A stretch of DNA of 64,000 nucleotides from Candidatus Poribacteria bacterium. Lineage in GTDB: Bacteria > Poribacteria > WGA-4E > PCPOR2b. The DNA is taken from positions 320,001 to 384,000 of the forward strand of contig OZ242326.1 of the NCBI GenBank assembly GCA_965208325.1, read 5' to 3'. Both the position numbers and the translations under genes were made by a program. Shown piece after piece: positions 61,892 through 64,000 of the stretch; the stretch's first letter is position 1; every line of letters begins with the position of its first letter. The notes under the pieces were generated by a model. The model had not been told where the DNA came from. It saw only the letters and a list, made by a program, of their open reading frames with translations, and did no database searches.

Positions 61892-64000
61892 ATGCAGAAT
61901 AAGAACAAAAGCGGTTATTTTATTTTCATCTTCACGTTTTTGATGTGCCTTAATTCCCTTTTCTTTGGAAACAGTGCCGCACAAGTCAACGATCCATCCG
62001 TTGTCGCGACGGGAGGTTCCAACTATACCATTGATTCTATTCGGGTTGAAGGCGTAGAGTTTTTGGCGGTGACTGCGAGTAGCGACCATGAAGACTACGC
62101 GGGTTACACACTGAGCGCTGACGGGGAAAAGACCGTCGCCTTTACACTCATTGATGGCGAATTTAAGAGGTATGAATTCGAAAACTCGCAGGACACTCGA
62201 TTCTATGCGCTCGGTAATGACTTGCGAGCTGCAGGACACTACCAAGACAGCGACGGTCTGTACCACGGTGTCATCATGGAAAACGGTGAATTGCAGCGCT
62301 ATGATTTTCCGGGTGCTGTCCAAACGTTTATTTACGGTATCAGCGATGCGACCGGGGTGCTTACCGGCAATTGGATTGACGAAGCCGGCGTGCACCGCGG
62401 CTTTTCAGGGGATGAAACAGTTGAATTCCCCGGGGCGCGGGAGACGCACGCTCATTTTGTGAACGCGAGCGGAGGTATGGTAGGCAGCTACGTTGATGCT
62501 GGCGGCGTATACCATGCATACGTGCGGACCCCGGGTGGTAGGTTTATTTCACTCGACCTGCCGCGTGCAGGAGAACTGGAATACTTTTTTGTGCACGGCA
62601 TTAACGATGCAGGATTTGTCGTTGCGCGCGCCAAACCGTCGGGCGAGCTTCCGCTCACCTATGTCGGTACATTCCAGCAAGGTCTAAAGGAATTTAAAGT
62701 TCCGGACAGCGTCAGCACAGAGGGCTGGAATATAAATCAGGACGGTTCTATCGTCGGCCACTACGAAGCGCCGGATGGGCGATCATACGGCTTTATCGCC
62801 AAACCTGCGGAAGAAGTTGACGATGAACCCGTAGCCACCCCCGCCGACCTAAATTTTACTTTTGAGAGTATTGATGTTCCAGGTGTAGATTTTTTAGCGT
62901 TGGCTGCCAGCAGTGACTTTGAGGATTACGCCGGCTATACGCGGAGTCCTGACGGTGGAAAAATTGTAGCATTTACTCTCATTAATGGTGAGTTTGAGAC
63001 GTATGAATACGAAGACTCGCAGGATACGCGTTTCTTTGCGCTAGGTAACAATGGGGATGCCGCCGGACACTACTTGGACAGCGATGGCAATACGCGCGGT
63101 GTCGTATTGAGAGGCGGTGTGTTGGAGCCGTTTGATTTCCCGAACAGTATTCAAACGGAGATTTTCGGTATAAGCGACGCGACGGGTGCATTGACAGGAA
63201 ATTTTACTGACGCTTCCGGCGTTCGCCGCGGGTTCACAGGAGACACAATCATCGAGGTGCCCGAGGCATTGGAAACTTTCGCGGATTTCGTCAGCGCGGG
63301 CCGTCTCGTAGGCAGTTACGTAGATGCTGATGGGATTTATCATCCTTATGCGCGTACACCCGCGGGTAGGTTCATATCCATTGACCTTCCCGGTGCGGCA
63401 ACTCTGGAGTACATGTTCTTGCACGGCATCAATGATGTAGGGACTATGGTTGGTAGATCTAAACGGATAGGAGACCTCCCGCGCACTCATGTCGGCACAT
63501 TCCGGGACGGGCTGCAGCAACTGAGGTTTCCGAATAGCGTTTTCACGGAGGGCTATAATATCAACCAGGATGGCTCTGTGGTGGGTCACTATCAATCAGC
63601 GGATGGGCGCGTACACGGCTTTATCGCAAGGCCCGTTGACAAAGCAGACAGCGACTATTTTGGAAACGTTTACAATGTCACTCTGGATAAAGGTTTAAAT
63701 ATGATATCCGTGCCCTTGGCGCCGCCAGCGCCAATGAGCGCTAAGTCGCTCGCTGGACTGACCGGGGCGACAACCGTAATTACGCTCGACGCACCTAACC
63801 AGCGTTTTATCGCATGGACGCCGGGCGCGCCCGATGACGGGTTTCCAATTGAGGGCGGCGGCGGGTATATCGTAAATGTGCCTGAAACTCGCCAATTTGC
63901 CTTCGTCGGAGCGCCCTGGACAAATAGAGCGGAGGCTGCCGCTGCGCCGCCTGCAATATCCGCAGAGGCGGTGCAGGAACATGAAGCGTGGGCATTCGTG
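61892..64000 (+). CDS. Third paralogue (two propeller-like domains), runs off the window end
   Basis: ATG 61892 MQNKNKSGYF...; frame consistent with ...EAWAFV at 64000; absent from the ORF track because no stop is in the window. Confidence 0.85.
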   Translation, partial: MQNKNKSGYFIFIFTFLMCLNSLFFGNSAAQVNDPSVVATGGSNYTIDSIRVEGVEFLAVTASSDHEDYAGYTLSADGEKTVAFTLIDGEFKRYEFENSQDTRFYALGNDLRAAGHYQDSDGLYHGVIMENGELQRYDFPGAVQTFIYGISDATGVLTGNWIDEAGVHRGFSGDETVEFPGARETHAHFVNASGGMVGSYVDAGGVYHAYVRTPGGRFISLDLPRAGELEYFFVHGINDAGFVVARAKPSGELPLTYVGTFQQGLKEFKVPDSVSTEGWNINQDGSIVGHYEAPDGRSYGFIAKPAEEVDDEPVATPADLNFTFESIDVPGVDFLALAASSDFEDYAGYTRSPDGGKIVAFTLINGEFETYEYEDSQDTRFFALGNNGDAAGHYLDSDGNTRGVVLRGGVLEPFDFPNSIQTEIFGISDATGALTGNFTDASGVRRGFTGDTIIEVPEALETFADFVSAGRLVGSYVDADGIYHPYARTPAGRFISIDLPGAATLEYMFLHGINDVGTMVGRSKRIGDLPRTHVGTFRDGLQQLRFPNSVFTEGYNINQDGSVVGHYQSADGRVHGFIARPVDKADSDYFGNVYNVTLDKGLNMISVPLAPPAPMSAKSLAGLTGATTVITLDAPNQRFIAWTPGAPDDGFPIEGGGGYIVNVPETRQFAFVGAPWTNRAEAAAAPPAISAEAVQEHEAWAFV

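Noticed and set aside
61889..63995. Minus-strand and short plus-strand ORFs in the track
   Set aside because: Shadows of the long + strand gene starting at 61892 that runs off the window

Overview
Bacterial chromosomal window, probably from a Candidatus Poribacteria-like organism. This is an inference from the LLQNYPNPFNPETWIPYQL C-terminal domains, the planctomycete-type DUF1549/1553 + DUF1501 pair and a PorV-like gene. Positions 1-30.5 kb and 48.5-56.6 kb hold mostly housekeeping and envelope genes (infA, cinA-like, DUF1015-cysM, rlmN, gatB, moaDE, pncB, nfi, alaC-like, TolC/RND adaptor, YCF48-like, waaF, recG). Positions 57-64 kb hold three tandem paralogous secreted beta-propeller-like proteins; the two complete ones end in a T9SS/FlgD-like C-terminal domain. 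The most unusual part is 30.55-48.3 kb, an accessory region with no integrase or transposase. About 17 co-oriented (+ strand) genes lie there: HEPN, HNH, UDG-like, a methyltransferase pseudogene with AlkB, secreted paralogues, and an orphan phage terminase large subunit with a candidate small subunit. These genes are separated by reiterated non-coding modules made of GTAG-type REP-like arms with variable loops and duplicated sigma70-like promoters. Some genes end inside these repeats, one promoter+ATG slot is empty, and a 224-bp MITE sits in one module copy. I interpret this as a repeat-delimited, integron-like cassette array built on a decayed prophage (hypothesis). No rRNA, tRNA or CRISPR array was recognised. 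All calls are from reading the sequence only; no searches were run.
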